Source of the DNA: Octopus vulgaris
Taxonomy: Eukaryota
Length of the DNA stretch: 64,000 nucleotides
Direction of reading: 5' to 3'
NCBI GenBank assembly: GCA_951406725.2
Contig: OX597815.1
Location: 149,792,001 to 149,856,000 of the forward strand
Notes under the pieces: model-generated
Databases searched by the model: none
What the model was told of the DNA's origin: nothing
Seen by the model: the letters and a program-made list of their open reading frames with translations, nothing else
Part shown: positions 14,170 to 24,879 of the stretch, in pieces
How positions within the stretch are numbered: the first letter of the stretch is position 1
Layout of the letters: every line of letters begins with the position of its first letter
Made by a program: the position numbers and the translations under genes

Positions 14170-14220
<51 letters not shown>

Positions 14221-14540
14221 CATACATACATACCTACATACATACATACATACATAAGTACCACATACTTCACAGCTGAGTCCATAGTAATACTGCTAAT
14301 CTTAATAAAGAGAAATAATGAAACCTGAATAATTTAGTTTCCGTATTCCAATCGTTCGAAGTGCTGTTCAATTAGATACGATTCTGTTCTTGTTCATTAA
14401 TTGCATTTACATAAGCATATACTTATACACACATACGTACATGCACATGCACATACATACACACATACATACCTACCTACATACATACATACATACACAC
14501 ATACATACATACATACATACATACATACATACATACATAC

Positions 14541-14613
14541 ATACACCTAGCTCAGTCGGTAGAGAACAGGATTCTTAAACTCGAGCTCGTGGGTTCGAGC
14601 ACAACGTTGGGCG
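14541..14613 (+). pseudogene. tRNA-Lys(CTT) pseudogene
   Basis: CTAGCTCAGTCGGTAGAG...ATTCTTAA...TCGTGGGTTCGAGC-ACAACGTTGGGCG follows eukaryotic tRNA-Lys(CTT). The 5-prime acceptor strand is overwritten by (ATAC)n and the stems are mismatched. Confidence 0.8.
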
Positions 14614-14625
14614 TAATATATTTAT

Positions 14626-14676
14626 AAGCCTTGTGAGTGGATTTGGTAGACGGAAACTGAAAGAAGTCGACGTGTG

Positions 14677-14715
<39 letters not shown>

Positions 14716-14948
14716 ATGTGTCTATGTATCTATGTTTGTGCATATGTTTGTGTGTTTGTGTGTTTGTCCACTCAACATCGCTTGAACATCGATGCTGGTG
14801 TGGTTACCTCCCCATAACCTAGCAATTCGGCAAAGAAACCGATAGAATAAGTACTAAGCTTGCAAGCAATAAGTTCTGGGGTGGATTTGCTTGAATAAAG
14901 GCGGTGGTCTAGCATGGCTGCAGTCAAATGACTGAAACAAGTAAAGAA
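14626..14948 (+). mobile_element. SINE family A, headless copy
   Basis: aagccttgtgagtggatttggtagacggaaactgaaagaag ... gcagtcaaatgactgaaacaagtaaag. Confidence 0.85.
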
Positions 14949-15185
14949 TATATATAATATAATATATATATAGCAATAATAAATCTCTGAACGAGATATA
15001 AACAGTAACTGCACGACAATGTGAGGTATACTTGCCATCTCAATATGACTAACCACTAAGGGTGGGTGTTACTGTAGCTTGTATCCCCAGGAGAACATCG
15101 TCTCCAGCTGGCTTTAGGCACACTTTCTGTGCCCTTATGGTATTTGCAAAGGGAGGTCACCCTTCCCTCGTCAACCTAAGTGATA

Positions 15186-15230
15186 CGCACAGACTGCAGT
15201 TTCTAGGTTTTGACCTGTCCTCAGCGTACG
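15186..15230 (-). ncRNA. Type I minimal hammerhead ribozyme
   Basis: CGUACG-CUGAGGA-C-AGGU(CAAA)ACCU-A-GAAACUGCAGUC-UGUGCG, with a GUC cleavage triplet and palindromic helix III. Confidence 0.8.
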
Positions 15231-15540
15231 ACAATCACCGGTTTTCGATGAAGGGAGGTCTCGATGCAAATTCTTATATCGTTTTTCCAGTAACTTATCG
15301 TCACTGATTTCGAAAAACAGTATGCAAGCAATAATAAATCTCTGAACGAGATATAAACAGTAACTACACGACAATGTGAGGTATACTTGCCATCTCAATA
15401 TAGCTAACCACTAAGGTTGGGTGTTACTGTAGCTTGTAGCCCCAGGAGAACACCGTCTCTAGCTGGCTTTAGGTACACTTTCTATGCCCTTATGGGATTT
15501 GCAAAGAGAGGTCACCCTTCCCTCGTCAACCTAAGTGATA

Positions 15541-15585
15541 CGCACGGACTGCAGTTTCTAGGTTTTGACCTGTCCTCTGCGTGCG
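15541..15585 (-). ncRNA. Type I hammerhead, second copy with U4A core mutation
   Basis: CGCACG-CAGAGGA-C-AGGU(CAAA)ACCU-A-GAAACUGCAGUC-CGUGCG. Confidence 0.7.
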
Positions 15586-15680
15586 ACAATCATCGGTTTT
15601 CGATGAAGGGAGGTCCCAATGCAAATTCTTATATCGTTTTTCCAACAGTCGGTGCGTATCACTTAGGTTGACGAGGGAAG

Positions 15681-15751
<71 letters not shown>

Positions 15752-15753
<2 letters not shown>

Positions 15754-15815
15754 TTTTACTCCCTTTTACTTGTTTCAGTCATTTGACTGTGGTCATGCTA
15801 GAGCACCGCCTTTAC
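15752..15815 (-). mobile_element. SINE family A tail fragment
   Basis: cttttacttgtttcagtcatttgactgtggtcatgctagagcaccgccttta. Confidence 0.8.
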
Positions 15816-16087
15816 AGGAAACACGATTTGTTATGAATATATATATATATATATACACACACACAGTTGAAACACTCCTGTCACAATCTGGGGCCTTGAA
15901 GACTGCTTTAATGCAAGAAAGTATACTAGTCCCTTAATATTTTATATTCACTATTTCATCTATTGACAATCAATACTTCATTTCATTTTACTATATATAT
16001 GATTTCTACTATATATTCTATATTCTACATTAATATTATAAAGAATATAAGTAAAACATAAAAAAAACAGACACAGTTGGAATTCCT

Positions 16088-16137
<50 letters not shown>

Positions 16138-16141
<4 letters not shown>

Positions 16142-17482
16142 TAGAAAAAAACACCTTTTATCAATTCAAAATGAACAACTAAATTACACCATCTAGAAAA
16201 TTACATATAATAGAAAAATTAAAATTAAAATAACAATAAAATGTCAAAGATTAAGTAAATTGCAAAACATAATGATAAAAACGTATATAATAGGTATATA
16301 ATATAATAGGTATATAATTTAATAGATATATAACTGTCTACCTATTATATATGTTTTTATTATTACTTTTTGCAATTTACTTAAGATAAGTTGGATGAGA
16401 TGAGGAAGTGGACGACATCTCGGCTGAGTTTCCTGATTCGTTCTCTTATGATGTTTTGCCATCACCTACGAATCTAGTAAGATGGAACGTCTCAGAGAAT
16501 GACATCTGCAAATGTGGAAAGGTCGGTACACTGAAACATATTCTCTCCAACTGTTCATTAGCATTGATCAGGTATACATAGAGGCACAACTTGGTTCTTA
16601 AGGTTATCTTCAATGCTATAAAGAACCAAATTTATCTCAACAACACTGAGAAAAAAAAACCGTTAAAAGTACCATCTACCGATTTCGTTACCTTCGTGCG
16701 ACCAGGTCAGCGGATCCGTTTCAAGAAGAAGATCAAGAAACTTCCTGAGAGAAATGAAAAGTGGAATGGCTATTGGGAGATAACTGCAGATTTACCGGGG
16801 TGCCAGGTTTTCTTTCCCACCCCAATTAAGAAAAAAACCCCAGATATTTTGATGTAGTGTGAAAGAAAGTTGTAAATATAGTCGAGTTAACGGTTCCTCA
16901 TGAAGATAATATGGACGCCGCTCGGGCTCGAAAATTGAACCGTTATGTAAACATCCTCGAGGAATGTAAAGACGCAGGCTGGAAAGTGGAACATTTTCCA
17001 ATCGAAGTCGGATGTAGAGGGTTCGTTGGACACAGTGTGAGACGACTGTTGTTATCGCTAGGCCTAACTCATCGTAAAGTCAATACCACCATGACCGATA
17101 TCCAATCTACAGTGGAGAAGGCTAGCCACTGGATTTGGTTAAAAAGAGACGATGTGCGATGGCTAGAAGGATATTTAGCTTAACTTGATAACCAGCTGAT
17201 CTAGCAAGCGGGGCCTCATATCAGTGAGAGGGGCCGGTGCGCATTGATGCCGTCGAGAGGTAGGCCCCGAAACGGCGCGCATTCTCTTCTGATGACCCCA
17301 TACACTTGCTGGCTTCCGGTATACGGAGCTTTGGACTGGTAGCACTTGCATGTGCAAGTTGTTTGCAAGACATCATTTTATTGTTATTTTAATTTTAATT
17401 TTTCTATTATATGTAATTTTCTAGATGGTGTAATTTAATAGTTCATTTTGAATTGACAAAAGGTGGGTTCTTTTCTAATTTT
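16138..17482. mobile_element. AT-rich fold-back element interrupted by a LINE
   Basis: Left arm 16138-16295 is the reverse complement of 16340-16383 joined to 17369-17482. (TA)n flanks. Confidence 0.8.
16385..17368 (+). pseudogene. RLE-type non-LTR retrotransposon 3-prime part (HERO-like)
   Basis: CKCGKVGTLKHILSNC zinc knuckle, RHN motif, PDI...VELTVPHED restriction-like nuclease motif, and RKLNRY...IEVGCRGFVG...ASHWIWLKR. Stops and frameshifts are present. Confidence 0.85.
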
Positions 17483-17574
17483 ATATATATATTATATTGT
17501 GGGAAATTTGATTTAGAATTTCTAAATTGAAATTTTTTCCTTGTAAGTTTTGATTTTATTCCCTCAAATAGTAT

Positions 17575-17614
<40 letters not shown>

Positions 17615-17628
17615 GACGTGATACTCCG

Positions 17629-17656
17629 TCTGATGTAGTTTATGCTATCTTCTCTG

Positions 17657-17697
<41 letters not shown>

Positions 17698-17724
17698 AGA
17701 GCAGACAGCATAAACTACATCAGA
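17629..17724. repeat. 32-bp inverted repeat around (TA)n
   Basis: tctgatgtagtttatgctatcttctctgtcat-(TA)n-atgccagagcagacagcataaactacatcaga. Confidence 0.9.
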
Positions 17725-18183
17725 TTTATAAGTGTTTCAGTGTGGCATATGAGTATGTTATGCAGTTATCGTTGTGCAGGCGATTACATAATCACATTCA
17801 AAAGTGAGATCTTCAGAAAAAACATAATTCACCCCATTGTTATTTACGTAGCGTCTGTTAGTTGACAGTGCCAAATGAGAGCTATGTATAAATTTAGGAG
17901 AACTTTCTGTGATTAGTTGTCAAAGAAAGACGGTTATTGTTTTTATTTTATCACTGAGATAATGAGAGAAAGAAAGCGGTAAATAAATGTAGTAAGGATA
18001 TATAGAAAACAAAAAGAAAACTGAATACCTAAAATATCATAAATAAGAAAGAACACATTCCAACTTAACAAGGATGAATGGCTTAGAAGTTAGTAGTAAA
18101 CAAAACAGACTAGAATTTCGTTATCGAGAAATAGCTTCACTTGTACACAGTCACAGAGACACGCTCACATACATCTATATACA

Positions 18184-18345
18184 TACGAGTTCCGATCAAT
18201 AAGTATCCGGATTGTTGCAAGAATAACGAAACTAAAGCATGCAGAGTAAACCTGATTGGCACAGATTGATCTTGATATCTGCTGCGTATGTGCACGAAGT
18301 TTTAACATTCTAGCTCAATTCAGCTGTTTCTACAGAATCTCGACT
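18184..18345. mobile_element. Possible mariner terminal fragment
   Basis: TACGAGTTCCGATCAATAAGTATCCGGA resembles mariner TIR starts. No partner end was found. Confidence 0.35.
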
Positions 18346-18759
18346 AAGTCCTCTGCAACTCTTTGCAGTGTGTTGTTTGCATGAATGAGAGGTCCAGTAG
18401 ATGAGACTGCAACCTTATGTTTTTTAGAAATTGAGAAGAACACTTTCGGGTTGGCTTTTATTTTATTAATGGCTCATTTCTCTTCTGCCTTTCTTTGATC
18501 TTCAATAGCATTTTTCAAACAGTTTTGTAGATGGTGCTTTGATTCTAGCGTGTCTAAATCCACCATGTGGGAGTGTTGTTGCTGGCAGTATTTTAGGCGG
18601 CTGATTTTTTTATTCGTTCTCTTTATCTTTCGCATGAGTGATTTTCTGGGACAAGTTAGTCCGTATTCTGTCTTGTCCATGGACCGAGGGGTGTTGTGTA
18701 GACATATTTGTGACAATCTCCATAAACAACTGCCATGATGAATCAATGCTTCTTGGTTT

Positions 18760-19440
18760 GTCCACTAATATTGACTGTCACCCGATCATGACCTTTATGA
18801 ATATATTTGCTAATATATTTAACTGATTTTACAGATGCACATATCTCTACATTACAATGACCTCCATATTTGACTGAAAAGAAGGGGGAATACGGTTCTA
18901 CTGAATGATTATCTCATTCAACATTAGACTTTATAAATATAAAAACCATTATTTCGACGTAGGTAAAGTGGAAAGCCATTATAACTGTGTAATGTATTTT
19001 CCTTAAAGTCTCTAGGGAAATGTTTTTTTTACATTTCCCATCAACCATACATGTTGCATCTGGGTTTATCTCTTCCACATGGACCATGTAGCATGCTTTT
19101 GATGACATGTTACAACAGAATTCGTTGTGTTTGTGAATTTGGAAGTTCTGCATAAACAAATTTATCATAATGTTCTGGATTTTATTTTTAATATGAACGA
19201 AATATGACAATGGGGTAGTGCACACTCTTAAAACTCTATAGTCCACATGTACCCCTCAAACACTCCCAAAACATCTTTCCCCAAAATATCATGCTAGAGA
19301 TCCCTAAGTTTCATATTAAATACTTTTACTGTTAAATCTGGTCTGTCAGCTTGTGTCTGTCCTGCATAAATTTCGTCTGAGATGCTGCTCGAGCAACGAA
19401 ATCCTGATAGAAATGAAACTTAAATTACGGAGATGTACTT
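18760..19440 (-). pseudogene. Helitron Rep (HUH) domain fragment
   Basis: With frameshifts, the translation reads WTIEF*ECALPHCH, MLHGPCG, DGKCKK, GFPLYLRR, DNHSVEPYSP and HCNVEICASVKSVKYISKYIHKGHD. Confidence 0.88.
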
Positions 19441-20488
19441 GCATAGCAAGTGACTTGATCTGAGATCGTGTGCTGAAACACAAAAGAATTGCAAAAGAAT
19501 TACCGATATGGTAATAATGGAATTTTTTAGAAATTTCTGTCGGCTTTTTTTTTCGAGTAGCGTGCGTATTGTGAAAAATTATATGGTTATGGACAATATG
19601 TCCAATTTTCGACATATTTGGCATTAGAAATTTTTTCATTTCCCCTTATTTATAAGTTGCTTATATATATATACTGAAATTAACCATTCACCCACTACCT
19701 CCCCAGATAATTAAGATTTAATTTATGACACTCACTAAAACATCAACCCTAACATATCATCTCTAAACGCCATGTATTTTTCTGTTTTTTTTTTTCTCTA
19801 TCACTTTATTCTTCTCTTACTTAACCTTATATCCGCTTTTTATTTCTTTTTTTATCTTTTACCCCTTTATTTTTCGTCTTTATTCTTTCGCTTCTATATC
19901 CTTATTTGTATTTCCTTACTATTTTTTACTTTTAATCTTACTCTTTACCCTTTAGGTCTGATACCTTCTGCACTGTCACAATACATCTCTAGAATTTATG
20001 ACCTTACTCATAACATACTTTGTATCTGTATATACTTATTTTTTTTATATCTTTATTCTTTTTATTACATTTTGTACTTACTATTATCCTGTATAATCAT
20101 GTTTAGATTTATACATATACTTTTTCCTCTTGTGATCCCAACTTCATTAAAGAGTCACCCCCTCCACCTCATCCCTCTTTCTCTCAACATCCTACTCACC
20201 TTATTCCTTATCGACTTAAAAACCGGTATGGACGTTTTGTTTGGTGTCTCGCTACGACGCATACGGCTATGAGGATTTACCTTCCCAATGAAACTCGTTT
20301 TTTCCCAAACTTTTTCTCAAACCTGCTATAATGTAATACATGTCTTTGGTGAGGTAATTGTACGCGGCTGAAGAATGATGTTGACCTACATGTTATATCA
20401 ATTATGCATTGATATAAATTGCTCAATAAAGCCAGAAACATATGTACCGCAAAGTCCTTTGCATCCTGTTGTTTCTTTTGATAAATAA

Positions 20489-20526
<38 letters not shown>

Positions 20527-20619
20527 AAACCACAAAAAATCCTGGGAAAAAACAGCAACCCAGATTTTCGTGGATGAAATACCTATCAGATCAACTTCAA
20601 TATAAAACAACCGTTGTCT

Positions 20620-21062
20620 TACGGGATAATGCAGAATCGCACCTCTCTTGGAAAAATGATTTTCATTGAAAAAAAAAGTTTTAGTGATTCCTACGTTTTA
20701 GATGTCGAAGATTAACGAAGTTGCAAAAAAAAAAACCCTTTTTTAATTTCACGTCCTCTGCCCCCAATTAAAAGTTTTGAAATTTTTCGAATCGTTTTTA
20801 AACCCCTTTTCCCAATTTCCAATCCCCATCTCAACCTCTCCTTCCTTCAAGTTTTTAATTTTTCAGATTTCATCCCGCCTCTCCTGCGGACCTGGCTCAC
20901 AGTCACCCCTCCATACAAACACATACACATAGTCACAGACATTTCTGATTTTCTTTTCTTTAGTGAATTCCTATGTTTTCGTTGACAGAGACACCGAATG
21001 GGCAAGAAACCACGTTTTCAAAATTTTAAATTCAATAAGCATATAGATATGTGTATAAAGTG

Positions 21063-21095
<33 letters not shown>

Positions 21096-21128
21096 TGTAT
21101 GTATGTATGTAGATAGATAAATAAATAA

Positions 21129-21198
<70 letters not shown>

Positions 21199-22030
21199 GA
21201 TAGATAGATAGATAGATATGTTTCTTTATTAGCCATACCGGGCTGCACACAGACGGGACGGATTTCAATGTAGAGCTTTTCTTTTTGGGGGAGAGAAAAA
21301 AAGTAAAAAGATGGGGTAGGTTTTTCGATCAAAAGGGATCGTAAAAGGGAAAGAAGAAAGAAAAAAAGAAAAAAGGAAAAGAAGCAAAAGAATAAAAAAA
21401 AACATCAATAGGGATCGTGTATCACAGTTTCATGATGTAAGGTGCAAAGGGGGAAGCAGATAAGGTTTATCCGTGGGAAGAAAAGCCTACGGAAAAGACC
21501 ACGGTAACCTCGGTCAAGTTTGTTACATGTTACCACATTTGTTTGCAAGTAGGTAACCCTCTGTTTTAAATTTCCGGGTTCATAGGATTATGCTCAATGT
21601 GGCTTCGTCATTCATACGTGCCATCCTTGCTACATTCACCCATCTTTTTTTAAAACATTGGCTAGACAAAATTTGCCTCTCTACTCTCACTTTCCTTTTC
21701 AAGTGATACTTGAAGAAGTTGATGAGAGATTGAACAGAGAGGAAATTGTTTGTCTCCAATCCTTTTAGTGCGTCCACCAGATACATTCTTTCGCCATAGC
21801 AACAAGGATGATGAAAATAGCTCTTCCTTCCCGTTTGAAGGAAGGAGGCGAGACAATATTGACGATAGATTCGGCTGATAAACCGACTCGTCCCACGCGT
21901 GACAGCTGTTGTTCGACATAAGCCCACAGGTCGGAAATTGTTGGACACTGCACGAGTGCGTGCAGAACGGTTTCGTCACTTTGACCGCATCTCGGGCAGG
22001 TCGGCCCCGTGTTTCTCGAGCCGTGTCTAT

Positions 22031-22101
<71 letters not shown>

Positions 22102-22624
22102 TGTATAAACAGATAGGGACAAATAAATAGACAAATAAATGAATGGATGTAAAAGTTCAAAATTTAAAATTGATGGGGGGATGAAATTTGAGCCCCTTAT
22201 TAAACTTTGTACTATTAACAATTAAACATATTCATGTTTGTTTCTCATGGTATATATTTAGTTGAGGTTTAATTATCATTTACAATTATTTAAGGCAAAC
22301 ACAAGTAAAACGCAAATTCTTTTCACATTAATGTGTTTGTCTATATTTGATTTTGTTTTGCATATGCTCGTCAATTCGCTCCGAACTCTTTAAGGTAAAC
22401 AAGCAAAATTCAGGATTTAGACAATTACAACTGGGGGTGCGTTGTGCGTTCTTGGTGTAACTTGTCAGTGATAATGTCTGTCATTCTGGAGCTGAAATTT
22501 AAAAAGGTGATTTTTTTCTTTCCATATTCGTAATGTCCGACATATAAAAACGTAAGAATCCGAAAAAAATGTTTTTAAAGATGCATTTTTTCAAGAAGAG
22601 GTGCGATTCTGAATTAGCCCCGAA
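20620..22624. mobile_element. Unclassified DNA element with imperfect TIRs of about 130 bp, containing a nested LINE
   Basis: 20620-20750 (cgggataatgcagaatcgcacctc...gattcctacgtttt...) is the reverse complement of 22494-22624. Confidence 0.7.
21219..22030 (-). pseudogene. Tx1/L1-like LINE 3-prime fragment inside (GATA)n
   Basis: CPRCGQSDETVLHALVQC (zf-RVT CCHC), AKECIW...FKKRW, and a 3-prime UTR with AATAAA. (TATC)n lies directly at both junctions. Confidence 0.85.
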
Positions 22625-22762
22625 CAATTACGTCAGTATTAGAGGGATGCGTCTTAATTTTAACTAAGATATATATTTTTAAAATTCGGATAGCAAGAAA
22701 AAACATCATTCCTAGTAATACAGTTCTATATTTTAGAGATGAGTAATTATGTATATTATTTA

Positions 22763-22890
22763 CATTATTTACATTTGACGGATATTTGTCTTCAACTTGT
22801 TTGTTATTAACACAACGTTTCGGCTGATATACCCTCCAGACTTCATCAGATGTCGGGGAAATTTCGAAACTGGTTTCTCATTCGAGGTTG

Positions 22891-22933
<43 letters not shown>

Positions 22934-23153
22934 TCAGGTCACTGCCTGGAATCGAACTCGGAATCTTGGGGTTAGTAGCCCTCGCTCTTAACCACTACGT
23001 TATTTGCCCGAAAGATCGAAAAATATCTTACGAATGTGAACCCAGGTTCAAATTTCCCCAAGACACCTGATAAAGGCTGAAGAGTATATCAACCGAAACG
23101 TTGTGTTAGCAACAAACAAAATGAGGACACATATCTGTCAAATGTAAATAATG
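22763..23153 (-). mobile_element. tRNA-headed SINE with hammerhead-containing tail and inverted tail copy
   Basis: Minus-strand head gtagtggttaag...gagttcgattcc (about 23009-22935), then (AAT)n, then a tail with a hammerhead at 22854-22809. The inverted tail copy at 23031-23153 has a hammerhead at 23062-23107. Confidence 0.8.
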
Positions 23154-23171
23154 CATTATTCGTAGTATCTT

Positions 23172-23403
23172 ATTTCTTTATTACCCACAAGGGGCTAAAC
23201 ATAAAGGGGACAAACAAGGGCAGACAATGGGATTAAGTCGATTACATCAACCCCAGTGCGTAACTGGTTCTTAATTTATCGACCCCAAAAGAATGAAAGG
23301 CAAAGTCGACGTCGGCAGAATTTGAACTCAGAACGTAGCGGCAGACGAAATACCGGTAAGCAGTTTGCCCGGCGTGCTAACGTTTCTGCTAGCTCGTCGC
23401 CTT
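23172..23403 (-). mobile_element. tRNA-derived SINE family C, full length
   Basis: Head ggcgacgagctagcagaa...ctgagttcaaattc. Central gtcgactttgcctttcattcttttggggtcgataaattaag resembles widespread invertebrate SINE central domains. A copy lies at 35523. Confidence 0.85.
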
Positions 23404-23559
23404 AGTTAAACATTCGATGATGAGAAGACATGAGAAAAACGTGAATAAAAACGGGAAGAAGGTTGTGCTTTATTGGATATTTCCTTAGACTTAAGCTCAC
23501 GCTCTATGAAACCATAGCAGGAACTGAATAAAAAAATTACTGTCTCATCACTCTCTTTC

Positions 23560-24670
23560 CTATACTTAAAAAAAAACAACTTATTGACAACATAAGTAAT
23601 AGGATTTCTAAACTATAAGCTTCAAAGGAAATAAAGCAGCCTCTACAATAACAATGCCCTCGGTAACAACAGCTTCAAAGTTAAGGAATCTTATAATACT
23701 TCCATTAAAAATATGAAACCTAAAACTAGACCTTGGAAAATGATATTGCTTACCTGTTCAAACTAGCATAGGTAAAAAAATTCCTGACATTAATAAATAG
23801 GCATTTCCCAACACACCAGAAATGTAAGTAGATCTTTTTTAAATATTTGATAAAAATCTCATATAGCTACTGCCCCACAATGAAAATCATTATCACTCAT
23901 ATATAACAAGAACCAACTCCCTGTTGTAATTGTCTAGACCCTCAATCTTGAAGCTTGACGAGGAGTGTTTGACTGAATCAGTAGGTTATGAATTCGGAGT
24001 TGCATCAGTGCCCCAAAATGATGTCATCGATAAGAAAAATTATGTCGGGTTATGCGAAGGCAATTTTAAAAGCCGTTATGCAAACCACCAGTCTTCTTTC
24101 CGACACATTGCTAAACATAATGTCACCAAGTTTGTTAGGCACGTATGGGATTTGATGACCAACAGCACACCACATATTATCAAGTGGAGAATAGTGGGAA
24201 AATCCACGCTATATATACATAGATGAAAGTGATGCAAGTAGCTGAAATATTGCAGATTAGTTTTAAATCCAAGAAGTGCATCACGTTACTCAATTCCAGG
24301 TTCGAAATTTTTACCAAATACAAGTACAAGGACAAGATTATTTTGTCGAACTGGAAGATACTGGCTTTTCTGGTTTGGGTATCAATCTCACAGATTTTGG
24401 CCTCCTCTATGTTATATTATTCTACACCAGCTATATTAATTACAATTTCTAACGTTAAAGGAAACAAAGGTTTTACTTTCCTTTACTTTTCTGTCCAATT
24501 CTTGCAACAAATGCCTCTCGCAATCTTTTTCGTGTTTTCTAACAGATAAGCTGCCTTGTTTTTAAATACGTCTAATGCTGTCCCCCTAGCATGAAAGATT
24601 GCTTGCAGACACATAGCATGTTTTATAAAGCTGCGAAACGATTCTATCTCAAGAGCATGAAACTATTAGC
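23560..24670 (+). pseudogene. Penelope-like element C-terminal GIY-YIG endonuclease fragment (Naiad-like)
   Basis: CLTESVGY...NYVGLCEGNFKSRYANHQSSFRH...VWDL...IKWRI...LLNSRFEIFTK, with frameshifts. Confidence 0.8.
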
Positions 24671-24839
24671 AATTCTTTTTAAAACTGTGTATAACAAAAG
24701 ATATACTTGTATATCTACGTATATACATGCATACATACATTCATACACATCCACTCACACCCACATATATATACTTACATTCACTTATGTATGTATATAA
24801 AAATATATATACATATACATACATGTATATATATGTGTT

Positions 24840-24879
<40 letters not shown>

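Larger units (their letters stand above)
14972..15683 (-). mobile_element. Tandem 355-bp repeat with one hammerhead per unit plus an inverted terminal fragment (retrozyme-like or Penelope pLTR-like)
   Basis: Units start at 14972 and 15327. Hammerheads lie at 15230-15186 and 15585-15541. An inverted 38-bp segment lies at 15646-15683. (TA)n flanks both sides. Confidence 0.85.

Noticed and set aside
14541-14613. Functional tRNA-Lys gene
   Set aside because: The acceptor stem is lost and several stems are mismatched, so it is kept only as a pseudogene.
15062-15671. Duplicated ORFs of about 81-84 aa
   Set aside because: They are a by-product of the 355-bp repeat with non-ATG starts and no homology. 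The functional signal is RNA structure on the other strand.
19772-20272. 166-aa hydrophobic ORF resembling a membrane protein
   Set aside because: T-rich low-complexity sequence produces the F/L/Y/I bias, and there is no motif.
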